Below are positions 8,390-18,506 of a stretch of 64,000 bases of DNA, one piece after another. The notes under the pieces were generated by a model. The model had not been told where the DNA came from. It saw only the letters and a list, made by a program, of their open reading frames with translations, and searched no databases. Both the position numbers and the translations under genes were made by a program. The stretch comes from Planctomycetota bacterium (lineage in GTDB: Bacteria; Planctomycetota; B15-G4): the NCBI GenBank assembly GCA_038212275.1, contig JBBQUR010000008.1, positions 96,001-160,000 on the forward strand. Reading direction: 5' to 3'. Every line of letters starts with the position of its first letter. Position 1 is the first letter of the stretch.

Positions 8390-9916
8390 ATGGGCACGAT
8401 GACGCTCTTCCTGCACAACACGCTCACCCGCACCAAGGAAGCCTTCGTGCCGCTCGGCCCGGGCAAGGTCCGCATGTACAACTGCGGCCCCACGGTCTAC
8501 AGCGCCGCGCACATCGGCAACTTCCGCGCCTTCCTCTTTGCGGACGTGCTGCGCCGCTGGCTGGAGTCCTCCGGACTCGCGGTGACGCAGGTGATGAACA
8601 TCACCGACGTGGGCCACGCGCGCGACGACGACCCCGACTTCGGCGAGGACAAGCTGGAGACCGCCGCGCGCAAGGAACGCCTCGACCCGTGGAAGATCGC
8701 CGAGAAGTACACGGCGCTCTTCATGGCGGACCTCGACGCCCTGGGCATCCAGCGCGCGCACCACTACCCGCGGGCCACGCAGTACATCCCGCAGATGATC
8801 GCGATCATCGAGCGGCTCGTGGCCGATGGCCACGCCTACGTCGTGGGCAGCGACGTGTACTACTCAGTGCCCAGCTTCCCGGCTTACGGCGCACTCTCCG
8901 GCAACACCGGCGCGGACCTTCTGGCCGGCGCCAGAGTGGAGACGCGCGACGAGAAGCGTGACCCGCGCGACTTCGCCCTGTGGAAGAGCGACAGCCACCA
9001 CGTCATGCAGTGGGACTCACCCTGGGGCCGCGGCTTCCCGGGCTGGCACATCGAGTGCTCCGCGATGAGCCGCGCGCTGCTCGGCGAGGGCACGCTCGAC
9101 ATCCACACCGGCGGCGAGGACAACATCTTCCCTCACCACGAGTGCGAGATCGCGCAGAGCGAAGGCGCGTTTTCCGTGCCCTTCGTGAAGTACTGGATGC
9201 ACACGCGCTTCCTGCAGGTGGACGGCGGGAAGATGAGCAAGAGCATCGGCAACCTCTACACCGTGACCCAGCTGCGCGACATGGGCTTCCCGCCCGTGGC
9301 CGTGCGGCTGCTGCTCATCCGCGGCCACTACCGGCAGGTGCTGAACTTCACGCTCGACGGCCTGCGCCAGGCGTCAGCGGACGTGCGCCGCCTGCGGCTC
9401 TTCGCCGCGCAGATGCAGGACGCAGCCGGCGACGTGACGACGTCGGCCGCCGGTGCCGCGGCAACGCCGGTCGCGCACGCCGCGGCGACATCCGGCGGAC
9501 GCGATGCGGCCGCGGGCGCGGCAACGTCCGCCGCAGCGCCGGCCTTCGTCCGCGACGCGCTCGCCAAGTTCGAGTCCGGGATGAACGACGATCTGAACAT
9601 CTCGGCCGCGCTCGACGGCGTGTTCAGTCTGCTCAACGAAGCCCATCGGGCCCGCGTGCACGGCGCCGACGCGGCGGCGACGCTTGCCGCGCTGCGCTCC
9701 TTCGACCGCGTGCTCGGTGTCCTCGAAGGCGAAGACACGGACCGACCGCTCGACGCCGACATCGACGCGCTCATCGCCCGCCGCAACGCCGCACGCGCGG
9801 CGAAGGACTGGAAGGCCGCCGACGCCCTGCGCGACGAACTGCTCGCCCGCGGCATCGAGCTCCTGGACGGCAAGGACGGCGTGACCTGGCGCCGCACCGG
9901 GGTCACGTCTCCGTGA
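8390..9916 (+). CDS. cysS: Cysteine--tRNA ligase
   Basis: CGPTVY, HIGN, DFALWK, PGWHIECSAM, FPHHE, KMSKS, and C-terminal AD.LRD.L anticodon domain. Confidence 0.98.
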   Translation: MGTMTLFLHNTLTRTKEAFVPLGPGKVRMYNCGPTVYSAAHIGNFRAFLFADVLRRWLESSGLAVTQVMNITDVGHARDDDPDFGEDKLETAARKERLDPWKIAEKYTALFMADLDALGIQRAHHYPRATQYIPQMIAIIERLVADGHAYVVGSDVYYSVPSFPAYGALSGNTGADLLAGARVETRDEKRDPRDFALWKSDSHHVMQWDSPWGRGFPGWHIECSAMSRALLGEGTLDIHTGGEDNIFPHHECEIAQSEGAFSVPFVKYWMHTRFLQVDGGKMSKSIGNLYTVTQLRDMGFPPVAVRLLLIRGHYRQVLNFTLDGLRQASADVRRLRLFAAQMQDAAGDVTTSAAGAAATPVAHAAATSGGRDAAAGAATSAAAPAFVRDALAKFESGMNDDLNISAALDGVFSLLNEAHRARVHGADAAATLAALRSFDRVLGVLEGEDTDRPLDADIDALIARRNAARAAKDWKAADALRDELLARGIELLDGKDGVTWRRTGVTSP

Positions 9917-10033
9917 CCGCCGACGGCGACGCCACCGTCGCCCTCCTTGCCAGGCATCCTGCCGCCGATGCGCGCGAGCTGACGCTCCGACTCGCCTCGC
10001 TGAGGTACGACCGCGGGCCGAGACCGCGCGCGG

Positions 10034-10879
10034 TCAGGCCGTGAGGCGCGGCCTGCGGACGGCCCGGGCGAGGCCGCCGCGCTCCAGCGCCCAGATCAGC
10101 ATCCAGCCAAGGTCCGGCTGCTTCCAGGTCCAGCCGAGCCGCGCCGAGTTCGGCTGGGCGTGGTGGTTCCTGTGCCAGTTCTCACCTTGAAAGGTGTGCG
10201 GCACCGCGAGCCAGGCGATGTTGCGGCTGCTGTCCTCGCCGGCGACGGCGCCCTTGCGCATGTGCGCGAGCGAGTTCACGGTGCACTGCGCGTTGAGCGA
10301 GAAGACGAGGCGGATCGCGCCCAGCCAGAAGAAGGCGGGCCAGCCGAAGGGCAGGCCGATGCAGAGCGAGAGCACCAGAATGTACGGCTGCCACTTGCTC
10401 CAGAAGGTGTAGCCGGGCTTGTTGAGGTCCGGCGCCCAGCGCGCCACCGAGGTCTCCTCGGCCTGCCAGAGCCAGCGCAGGTGTGACCACCAGAATCCGC
10501 CGAGCTGCGGGCTGCTGATGTCGCCGACCGTCTCGACCTTGGCGTGATGCAGCCGGTGGTTCGCGGCCCAGCTCGTGGGTGCGCCCGAACCGTTGAAGAT
10601 GGCGCAGGCGACGAGCACTCGCTCCACCACCGGGTTCAGGCGGAGCGCGCCGTGAGCGAGCGAGCGGTGATAGGCCACCGTCGTGCCCAGCCCGCCGAGC
10701 GCGAACAGGCCCCACGCGCTCAGGAAGAGCGGCCACCCCGGCAAGGGGAACAGCACGAGCCCCACCAACGCCAGCGAGTGAATGAGAAGGATCCAGAAGA
10801 ACACCGAACCGGAACCTTTGCGCCAGCGCAGCCAGCTCCAGGTCCAGGCCGGCGCCTCCGTGGCGGGGGCGACAGTCAT
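10034..10879 (-). CDS. Membrane fatty acid desaturase (delta-9 acyl-CoA/acyl-lipid type)
   Basis: Three His boxes YHRSLAH, HRLHH and HRNHH; GFWWSH; VNSLAH; GENWH. Confidence 0.92.
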   Translation of the reverse strand: MTVAPATEAPAWTWSWLRWRKGSGSVFFWILLIHSLALVGLVLFPLPGWPLFLSAWGLFALGGLGTTVAYHRSLAHGALRLNPVVERVLVACAIFNGSGAPTSWAANHRLHHAKVETVGDISSPQLGGFWWSHLRWLWQAEETSVARWAPDLNKPGYTFWSKWQPYILVLSLCIGLPFGWPAFFWLGAIRLVFSLNAQCTVNSLAHMRKGAVAGEDSSRNIAWLAVPHTFQGENWHRNHHAQPNSARLGWTWKQPDLGWMLIWALERGGLARAVRRPRLTA

Positions 10880-11529
10880 CAGGGGGCTCTCCGTCGAGAA
10901 GCGTCGAAATCATCCTGCGAGTCGCCTTCCCCCGGCGTCCCGTGTCGATCGGTCCTGTCCATGCTGCGGTTCACGACGGACTCATCGGCCTCGGCGTCAC
11001 CGTCGCTTGAAGTCGGCTTGCCTTCGACGCCCTCCCGGGCGTTTCCCGCCTCTGCGTCGGCCTCGTCGGCCCCGCCGGTCTCGTCGGTCTCGTCGGTCTC
11101 ATGGGCGGCCGCGGCGGCCTCTCGATCGGCGGCGTGAGCCTCGGCATCGGCCAGAGAGGCATCGCTGCCGGGGCCGACCGCGCGCCGCTGCGCCGCGATG
11201 TCCTCCAGCAGATCGAGCATCCGGCTCTCCTTCTCGATGGACTCGTCGTAGGCGAAGCGCAGTTCCGGCATGACGCGCAGCCGCAGTGTCGGTGCGACCT
11301 GCTCCTGCACGTGGCGCGCGGCGTCCTGCAGAGCGCGCTCGGTCGTGCGCCGCTGGTTGGGCGTTCCGAGCACGGTGAAGAGCACCTTGGCGTAGCGCTT
11401 GTCCTTCGAGAGTTGCACGCCTGTGATCGTGACAAATCCGAGCCGCGGATCGTTAAGGCGTTCAAGAACAATGATCGCGACTTTTTCCTTGATGAGCGCC
11501 TCGAGGCGCTCCTTTCGATCCCAAGCCAC
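10879..11529 (-). CDS. rbfA: 30S ribosome-binding factor A with long acidic C-terminal extension
   Basis: DPRLGFVTITGV.LS.D...AKV...LRLRVMPELRF.YD.S; immediately downstream of infB. Confidence 0.95.
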   Translation of the reverse strand: MAWDRKERLEALIKEKVAIIVLERLNDPRLGFVTITGVQLSKDKRYAKVLFTVLGTPNQRRTTERALQDAARHVQEQVAPTLRLRVMPELRFAYDESIEKESRMLDLLEDIAAQRRAVGPGSDASLADAEAHAADREAAAAAHETDETDETGGADEADAEAGNAREGVEGKPTSSDGDAEADESVVNRSMDRTDRHGTPGEGDSQDDFDASRRRAP

Positions 11530-11541
11530 AGGCCCCTCCGG

Positions 11542-14364
11542 TCAGGCCTTGATGGCTGGGGAGGAAAGGGTGCGGCGAACCTCGGTGACATCGAAGGTCT
11601 CGAGGATGTCGCCCTGCCGGATGTCGTCGTAGTTGGCCAGGTGCAGACCGCACTCGTAGTTCTCGCGCACTTCCTTCACGTCGTCCTTGAAGCGCTTGAG
11701 GCTGTCGAGCTTGCCGGTCCAGATGACCTTCCCGTCACGGGTCAGGCGGATGCGCGAATCGCGCGTGATGATGCCGTCCGTGACGTAGCAGCCCGCGATG
11801 CTGCCGTAGCGCGAGATCTTGAACACCTCGCGGATGTTGACGTGGCCGGTGATCTGCTCGCGCTTCTCCGGAGCCAGCTCGCCCTCGAGCGCCTTCTCCA
11901 GGTCGTCGGCCATCTCGTAGATGACGTCGTAGTGCTTGACCTCGACTCCGGTGCGGGCCAGTGCGGCGCGCGCATTGGCGTCCGCCGTCACCGCAAAGCC
12001 GATGATCAGCGACTTGGAGGCGGACGCGAGCAGCACGTCGTCCTCGGTGATGCCGCCCACCGCGCCGCGGATGACCTTGAAGCGCACCTCGGGGTGCTTG
12101 AGCTCCTCGATCGTGCGCTTCAGCACGTCCAGCGTGCCCTGCGCGTCGGCCTTCACCATCACGTTGAGCTCGGTGACCTTCTGGGCCTCGATCGTCGAGA
12201 ACAGGTTCTCGAGCGTGACGGTGTCCACGGCCGCCGGCATGAGCGCTTCCTGGCGGATGTTCTGCTGGCGCAGCTTGGCCACGCCGCGCGCCTGGTTGAT
12301 GTCCTCGACCACGAGGAGGTCGCTGCCCGACTCCGGCACGTCCTCGAAACCGAGGATCTGCACCGGCACGGAGGGCCCGGCCTCGTCGATGCGCGCGCCG
12401 CGGTCATCGAGCATGTAGCGCACGCGACCGACGGCCGTGCCGGCGAGCACGGCGTCCTTGGCGCGCAGGGTGCCGTCCATGACCACCGCGGTGACCACGA
12501 TGCCCAGCTTGTTGTCCTTGCGTGAGTCCACGACCACGCCGCGGGCCGGAATGGCCGGGTCGGCGCGCAGCTCGAGGATTTCGGTTTCGAGCGCGAGTCG
12601 CTCGACCAATTCGTTGAGCCCCTTGCCGGTGGTGGCCGAGCACTCCACGACGCCGATCTCGCCGCCCCAGTCTTCCACCATCACGCCCGCCGTCGCGAGC
12701 TGCTGGCGCACCATGCGCGGGTCCGCGCCGGGCTTGTCCATCTTGTTGATGGCCACGACCAGCGGCGCATCGGCCGCCTTGGCGTGGTCGATGGCTTCCT
12801 GCGTCTGCTCCATGACGCCGTCATCGGCCGCCACGACGAGCACCGCCACGTCCGTGAGCCGCGCACCGCGTGCGCGCATCTCGGTGAAGGCCTTGTGGCC
12901 CGGCGTGTCGAGGAAGGTCACCGCCGCGCCGGAGGGCGTGCGCACCAGATACGCAGCGCTGCGCTGCGTGATGCCGCCCGCTTCGCCCGAGGCCACCTGC
13001 GTCTTGCGCAGCGCATCGAGCAGCGACGTCTTGCCGTGGTCCACGTGTCCCATGACCGCGACGACCGGCGGCCGCGGCAGGCTCTCCGTCGCCATCTCGA
13101 TGGCTCGGGCGTCCTCGTAGGCGAGGAGGCGATCCTCGTCGGTCTCCGGCGGCAGGACCGTGATCTCGCGCTTCATCTTCAGGGCCAGCTCGATGAGCTG
13201 CTCCTCGTTGATGATCGCGTTCTTGTCGCGCGGGTCGAAGGTGCCCGGGAAGTGCATGAGGATCTCGCGCGCCTTGACGCCGAGTTCCTCGGAGAGTTCG
13301 CGCACGCCGATCGGCGGGCGCACCTCGATGCCGTGCGTGGGACGGTCGATCGCGCCGCGGCGCTTGCGAGCCGAGCCCAGCGACGAGCGGCGCACGGGAG
13401 GACGCCGCGTCGTCGGGCGGCGCTGTCCGGCAAAGTGCCCGATGCGGATGGCCGCCAGCGCGGAGTTGTCCTCCGGATCGAAGACCCACTCGAAGCCGCC
13501 GGGCTTGGTCTTGGCGCCCTTGCCCGCCTTGCCGGCGTCGGTCTCGGTCGCACCTGTCTTGCGCGGCGTGGGCCCGAGCGCGATGCCGCGGCGGGGAGTG
13601 GCGGGACGGGTCGGGTCCAGCGGATCGAAGTTGGGCTGCTGGCCGCCGCCGCCGCCGGGCGTGACCGGACGGTGCCGCGCCGGCAGGTCCTTGGGCTTGA
13701 GTTCGATGCGGCCCAGGATGCGCGCGCCACGTCGACGCGTCGGTCCCGTGGTCTCGACGCTGCCGGGAGCCGGCTCGTCGCCGGTGGCCGGCTTGGTCTC
13801 GTCGCCCGGCGCGCCCGCCGGCCCGCCCTCCGCGGCGCGCTGCTCGTCCGCGTTGGCGGGCAAGGCGACGTGTCCGCCGATGGTGACGACGAGCTTCTTG
13901 TGCGCGTTCGGGTCGTCGGTCAGCGACGGCGCAAGGGCCGCGGTCGCCAGTGCGGCGTCGTCGGCAACTCCCGCGACGACGGGATCGTGCTGCGGCTCGA
14001 CGGGCGCATGGTGCACCACGGTCGGCTCGGGGGCACGCTCGCGCTCCTCGGCCTCGGCGCCGGACGCGACGTGCACCACCTCGACGACGGGCTCGGCGAT
14101 GACCTCGGGTTCGGGAGCAGGAGGCGCGGCTGCTGCGGCGGCGGCGGCCTCTTCGTCCGCCAGGCGCTTGCGCTTGGCTGCCTTCTTCGCTTCCTTCTCG
14201 GCGATCTCCGCGAGCTCCTCGGCCCAGGCGGCCCGCATGATGCCCTCGGTGCCCTTCTCCATGTTGGAGGAGTGGCTCTTGACGCCAAGACCGAGTTCCT
14301 TTGCGATCTCAAGCAGTCGCTTGCTGTCAGCGGAAAGCTCTTTCGCCAGTTCGTGCAGCCTCAA
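11542..14364 (-). CDS. infB: Translation initiation factor IF-2 (TTG start)
   Basis: RLHELAKEL N-terminus, RPPVVAVMGHVDHGKT, GGITQ, FLDTPGH, NKMD, SLKRFKDDVKEV. Confidence 0.99.
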   Translation of the reverse strand: MRLHELAKELSADSKRLLEIAKELGLGVKSHSSNMEKGTEGIMRAAWAEELAEIAEKEAKKAAKRKRLADEEAAAAAAAAPPAPEPEVIAEPVVEVVHVASGAEAEERERAPEPTVVHHAPVEPQHDPVVAGVADDAALATAALAPSLTDDPNAHKKLVVTIGGHVALPANADEQRAAEGGPAGAPGDETKPATGDEPAPGSVETTGPTRRRGARILGRIELKPKDLPARHRPVTPGGGGGQQPNFDPLDPTRPATPRRGIALGPTPRKTGATETDAGKAGKGAKTKPGGFEWVFDPEDNSALAAIRIGHFAGQRRPTTRRPPVRRSSLGSARKRRGAIDRPTHGIEVRPPIGVRELSEELGVKAREILMHFPGTFDPRDKNAIINEEQLIELALKMKREITVLPPETDEDRLLAYEDARAIEMATESLPRPPVVAVMGHVDHGKTSLLDALRKTQVASGEAGGITQRSAAYLVRTPSGAAVTFLDTPGHKAFTEMRARGARLTDVAVLVVAADDGVMEQTQEAIDHAKAADAPLVVAINKMDKPGADPRMVRQQLATAGVMVEDWGGEIGVVECSATTGKGLNELVERLALETEILELRADPAIPARGVVVDSRKDNKLGIVVTAVVMDGTLRAKDAVLAGTAVGRVRYMLDDRGARIDEAGPSVPVQILGFEDVPESGSDLLVVEDINQARGVAKLRQQNIRQEALMPAAVDTVTLENLFSTIEAQKVTELNVMVKADAQGTLDVLKRTIEELKHPEVRFKVIRGAVGGITEDDVLLASASKSLIIGFAVTADANARAALARTGVEVKHYDVIYEMADDLEKALEGELAPEKREQITGHVNIREVFKISRYGSIAGCYVTDGIITRDSRIRLTRDGKVIWTGKLDSLKRFKDDVKEVRENYECGLHLANYDDIRQGDILETFDVTEVRRTLSSPAIKA

Positions 14365-14370
14365 GCGACA

Positions 14371-15435
14371 TCACTCCGCCTTGGACGACGTGACGTCGTC
14401 GGACACTGTTCCAGCCTCGGCATCACCGGTGCCGACACGTGCGGCGGTAGGAGGCGCAATCAGATTGCCGTGCTCGTCCCGCGCGCTGTGCGGCATCTGG
14501 GTCACACCTTCGATGTGAATGTCCCAGCCCGTGAGGCGCGTGGCCAGACGCACATTCTGACCCTTCTTTCCGATGGCAAGCGCGAGCTGATCGTCCGGGA
14601 CCACCACGCGAGCCACCTTCTTCACCGGATCCAACTGCAGCGACGCAAGCTGCGCCGGCCGCAAAGCGTTGGCGATCAGATCTTCCTCCGATTCGCTCCA
14701 CCGGATGATGTCGATCTTCTCGTTGTTCAGCTCGTCGGTGATCGCCTTGATGCGCGTGCCGCGGATGCCGACGCAGGCGCCGACGCAATCCACGCGGCTG
14801 TCGCTGCTCTGCACGGCGATCTTGGTGCGATAGCCGGGCTCGCGGGCGATGCGGCGGATGACGATGACGCCCTCCGCGACCTCCGGCACCTCGAGCTCGA
14901 ACAGGGCGCGGACCAGGTCCGGCGTCACGCGCGAGAGCAGGATGCGGACGCGGGGCCCAACCTGCTTGACCTCGGTGATGATGCCGCGGATGCGGTCGCC
15001 CGGCGAATACATCTCGCCCTTGACGCGCTCCGGCTTGGTGATGACCGCCTCGGCCTTGCCCACGTTGACGATGAGCGCGCCGCCGTCGATGCGCTGCACG
15101 GTGCCCAGCACGAGCTGGCCGACCCGGCCCTCGAATTCGAGGAAGACAGCGGCATTTTCGGCCTCGCGAAGGCTCTGGATGATGACCTGCTTGGCCGTCT
15201 GCGCGGCGATGCGGCCCAGGTCGATGGCCCCGGTGTCCACGTCGCTGGTCACCGAGAGCTCACCCGTCTGCCGGTCGAGCACGCACTTGATGGGCGCATC
15301 CTTGCCGAGCTTGGGCTCGACGGCCTTCTGGATGGCCGCCACCATGGCGCTCTCGATCGTCCGGAAGATCAACTCGGTGTCGATATCCTTCTCGAGGTGA
15401 ATGGACTCGATGATCCGCAGCAGTTCGCTGTTCAC
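14371..15435 (-). CDS. nusA: Transcription termination/antitermination factor NusA (no C-terminal AR repeats)
   Basis: GRIAAQTAKQVI, AREPGYRTKIAV, GACVG.RG.RI, AIGKKGQNVRLA; GTG start with GAGAGGAG SD. Confidence 0.98.
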   Translation of the reverse strand: MNSELLRIIESIHLEKDIDTELIFRTIESAMVAAIQKAVEPKLGKDAPIKCVLDRQTGELSVTSDVDTGAIDLGRIAAQTAKQVIIQSLREAENAAVFLEFEGRVGQLVLGTVQRIDGGALIVNVGKAEAVITKPERVKGEMYSPGDRIRGIITEVKQVGPRVRILLSRVTPDLVRALFELEVPEVAEGVIVIRRIAREPGYRTKIAVQSSDSRVDCVGACVGIRGTRIKAITDELNNEKIDIIRWSESEEDLIANALRPAQLASLQLDPVKKVARVVVPDDQLALAIGKKGQNVRLATRLTGWDIHIEGVTQMPHSARDEHGNLIAPPTAARVGTGDAEAGTVSDDVTSSKAE

Positions 15436-15525
15436 GGTCGCACTCCTCTCGATTTGATGGATTGTCGGGTTGTCGAACGGGCACTCGCTCGCCCTCTCCG
15501 GCAGCCCCTTGCCAGGGCACCGGCC

Positions 15526-15559
15526 GGAAACGAAAGCAAGTGGGCCGGGACCCACTTGC
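15526..15559 (-). promoter_or_regulatory. rimP-leader-like attenuator hairpin followed by a U-rich tract in the nusA 5' leader
   Basis: Minus strand GCAAGTGGG-TCCCGG-CCCACTTGC (perfect 9-bp stem, 15536-15559) then TTTCGTTTCC. Confidence 0.6.
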
Positions 15560-15685
15560 ATGCGATCCGGAGGGTTCGCGCGAACCGACCATTAACAGGC
15601 ATCCGGGGGGCCGAAGTCAAGAGACGATGGCCCCCGCGTCCGGGGGGCGCGCGCCTCTGCCGGCCCTCGCAGCGTCGGGCACGGC

Positions 15686-15715
15686 TTGACCCCCTGCAAC
15701 GCCCGCACCTAGTAT
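15686..15715 (+). promoter_or_regulatory. Sigma70-type promoter for the hps-thiS unit
   Basis: TTGACC-N18-TAGTAT in otherwise GC-rich intergenic DNA. Confidence 0.55.
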
Positions 15716-15805
15716 CGCGGCGGATCCGGCGGCTCCCTGCCCGCGGCATCCCGGTTCGATCGACCCGGGCCCGCTCCGGCCGACATCCCCCACGAGGGCC
15801 CAGCA

Positions 15806-17149
15806 ATGACCCGCTCCGACGCCGGCACGCGCCCCGCTCCCCCCGCCGCCGAGACTCCTCGCGGCCGGCCGCGCCTTCAGGTGGCACTCGACTTCCTGCA
15901 GTTCTCGCGCGCGCTCACCGCCGCCACCGAAGCCGTGGCCGGCGGCGCCGACATCCTGGAAGTGGGCACGCCGCTGCTGAAGAGCGAGGGCCTCGACGCG
16001 GTGAGAAAGTTGCGCGAGGCGTTCCCGGGCGTGCCCATCGTCGCGGACACGAAGACGATGGATGCGGGCCGCATGGAGATGGAGATGGCCGCCAAGGCCG
16101 GAGCCTCCTTCGCGACGGTGCTCGGTGTCGCCTCGCCCGGCACCATCCGCGAATGTGTGGAGGTCGGCCGCAACTACGGCATCGCCGTCGTCGTGGACCT
16201 CGTCGGCACGAGCGACCCGGTGGCCGCGGCGCAGAAGGCCCAGGCACTTGGCGCGACGGCGGTCGGCGTTCACTGCGGCATCGACCAGCAGATGCTCGGT
16301 CAGGACCCTTTCGAGGTGCTGCGCGCGGTGCGCCGCGCCGTGACCATCCAGGTCACCGTGGCCGGCGGCATCACCCGTGAAACCGCGGGGAAGGCTGCCG
16401 CCGAGGGCGCCGACATCGTCATCGTCGGCGGCGCCATCACCAAGAGCCCCGACGCGGCGGCCGCGACGCGCGAGTTGCTCGCGACGATGGTGCAGGGCGT
16501 CGGCCTTCCCGCCACCGAGTTCCGGCGCTACGGCGCCGAATCGCTGCGCGAGGCTCTGGCCAAGGTCTCCACGCCCAACGTCTCCGACGCGATGCACCGC
16601 GGCGGCGCCCTCGCGGACATCCTCAGCATCGTGCACGGCAAGCACATGGTCGGTCGCGCGCTCACCGTGCGCACCTATCCGGGCGACTGGGCCAAGCCCG
16701 TGCAGGCCATCGACCTGGCCCAGCCCGGCGACGTGCTCGTCATCGACTCGGGCGGGCGCCCGCCCGCCGTGTGGGGCGAGCTGGCGACCGAGAGCTGCCT
16801 GCAGCGCAAGCTCGCGGGCGTGGTGATCGACGGCGCGATCCGCGACGTGGACGCGATCCGTGCGCTGGGCTTCCCGGCCTTCGCCCGATGCACCTCGCCC
16901 AATGCCTGGGAGCCCAAAGGTTTCGGCGAAATCGGCACGCCCATCCTCATCTCCGGCGTGCGCATCGCGTCGGGCGACTGGATCGTCGGCGACGACTCCG
17001 GCGTCGTGGCCATCCCCGCCGACCGCGCCGTCGAGATCGCAAACCGCGCGCTCGACGTGCTCGAAGCCGAGAACCGACTTCGCGGCGAGATCCGCAACGG
17101 CAGCACGCTCAGCAAGGTGGCCGAGCTCTACAAGTGGGAAAAGGGTTGA
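15806..17149 (+). CDS. hxlA: Fusion of 3-hexulose-6-phosphate synthase (OMPDC/HUMPS fold) and an RraA-like/HMG aldolase domain
   Basis: N-half [42 protein letters not shown]-half [43 protein letters not shown]. Confidence 0.9.
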   Translation: MTRSDAGTRPAPPAAETPRGRPRLQVALDFLQFSRALTAATEAVAGGADILEVGTPLLKSEGLDAVRKLREAFPGVPIVADTKTMDAGRMEMEMAAKAGASFATVLGVASPGTIRECVEVGRNYGIAVVVDLVGTSDPVAAAQKAQALGATAVGVHCGIDQQMLGQDPFEVLRAVRRAVTIQVTVAGGITRETAGKAAAEGADIVIVGGAITKSPDAAAATRELLATMVQGVGLPATEFRRYGAESLREALAKVSTPNVSDAMHRGGALADILSIVHGKHMVGRALTVRTYPGDWAKPVQAIDLAQPGDVLVIDSGGRPPAVWGELATESCLQRKLAGVVIDGAIRDVDAIRALGFPAFARCTSPNAWEPKGFGEIGTPILISGVRIASGDWIVGDDSGVVAIPADRAVEIANRALDVLEAENRLRGEIRNGSTLSKVAELYKWEKG

Positions 17150-17370
17150 GCGACGCGGCCTCGCGGACCGTGACGCTGACGGTGAACGGCGAGGCCGCAA
17201 GCCTGCCCGCCGACAGCACGGTGGCCGACCTGCTCGCCGCGCGCGGCGCGACGGGCAAGCCCTGCGCCGTGGAGGTCAACCGCGAAATCGTCCCACGCAG
17301 CCAGCACGCCGGGCGAACGCTGCACGACGGCGACGCCGTGGAAATCGTGAGCTTCGTCGGCGGCGGATAG
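17146..17370 (+). CDS. thiS: Sulfur carrier protein ThiS
   Basis: TVNGE...[11 protein letters not shown]...[17 protein letters not shown]; TTG overlaps the hps stop (TTGA). Confidence 0.93.
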   Translation: MSDAASRTVTLTVNGEAASLPADSTVADLLAARGATGKPCAVEVNREIVPRSQHAGRTLHDGDAVEIVSFVGGG

Positions 17371-17558
17371 CCGGCGCTCGACTTCTCCGGCATGGGTGAG
17401 GAGGTTCCGCCGTTCGGCGCCATGGTCACGTCGTCGTACGGGCGCAACAGCTGGCGCTTCGGCCGATGGCGCGACAGTCGCATCGGCTTGCCGGGAAGGA
17501 CGCTGCTCTTTCCCTATCGCTGAGCGACGCGGCCCCGTGGCGCGCTAGAATCCGCGGC

Positions 17559-18506
17559 ATGACTGCCAGCAACGACTCCGGCGCCGTCCCCGGCGATTCC
17601 CCGCTCGTCATCGGCTCGCACAGCTTCGCCTCGCGCCTGTTCGTCGGCACCGGCAAGTACGCCAGCTTCGAGCTCATGCGCGACGCCGTCGACGCCTCGG
17701 GCACGCAGTGCGTCACCGTCGCGGTGCGGCGCATCGGGCTGGAACGCGGCGCGGGCGGCAGCGGAGCCTCCGGCGCCCCGACCTCGCGCGGCGACGCACA
17801 CGCCGGCGGCGGCCGGGCCCCCGCCGGCAACCTGCTCGACTTCCTCGATCTCTCGCGCATCACGCTGCTCCCCAACACGGCCGGCTGCTACAGCGCGGAG
17901 GACGCGGTGCGCACGTGCCGCCTCGCGCGCGAGGCGCTCGACGCAAGCTTCGTGAAGCTGGAAGTCCTCGCGGACCCCGACACGCTGCTGCCCGACCCGA
18001 TCGAGACGCTCGCCGCGACAGTGACGCTCGTGAAGGAGGGCTTCACGGTGCTCGCGTACACGAGCGACGACCCGGTCATCGCGCGCCGGCTGGAGGACGC
18101 CGGCGCCGCTGCGGTGATGCCGCTCGGCGCGCCCATCGGCAGCGGGCTGGGCATCCTCAACCCGCGCAACATCGCACGCATCAAGGCCGCGGCGCGCGTG
18201 CCCATCGTCGTGGATGCGGGCGTCGGCACCGCGTCCGACGTGGCGCTGGCCATGGAGCTCGGCGTGGACGGCGTGCTGCTCAACACCGGCATCGCGCTGG
18301 CCGACGACCCGGTCATGATGGCGCGCGCGATGCGCCACGGCTGGCTCGCGGGCCGCGCTGCATTCCTCGCGGGCCGCATGCCGCGCCGCGAACAGGCCTC
18401 GCCCAGCTCACCGCGCACCGGACTCATCGCGTCGGGCGCAACGATCGCTTCGAGCGGACCTCGCGCTCCCGATGCCGCGCCCCGCGCGGGCCACGCGCGC
18501 GCGTGA
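17559..18506 (+). CDS. thiG: Thiazole synthase
   Basis: [63 protein letters not shown]. Confidence 0.97.
   Translation: MTASNDSGAVPGDSPLVIGSHSFASRLFVGTGKYASFELMRDAVDASGTQCVTVAVRRIGLERGAGGSGASGAPTSRGDAHAGGGRAPAGNLLDFLDLSRITLLPNTAGCYSAEDAVRTCRLAREALDASFVKLEVLADPDTLLPDPIETLAATVTLVKEGFTVLAYTSDDPVIARRLEDAGAAAVMPLGAPIGSGLGILNPRNIARIKAAARVPIVVDAGVGTASDVALAMELGVDGVLLNTGIALADDPVMMARAMRHGWLAGRAAFLAGRMPRREQASPSSPRTGLIASGATIASSGPRAPDAAPRAGHARA

Noticed and set aside
15716..15800. tRNA suggested by GGTTCGATC
   Set aside because: No cloverleaf, no matching T-stem or acceptor stem, no CCA end
12784..16380. 1198-aa plus-strand ORF, and other long antisense ORFs such as 32970-35759, 35594-37774 and 59301-61571
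   Set aside because: Shadow frames of real genes caused by high GC3; Arg/Ala/Gly-rich with no motifs
17371..17558. TPP riboswitch between thiS and thiG
   Set aside because: The conserved CTGAGA and CCTGA...AATNCNNGCGNAGG core elements are not present
7846..17580. Shared N-terminal TASNDS in the Rieske protein and ThiG
   Set aside because: Six-residue match with differing codons between functionally unrelated proteins; most likely coincidence
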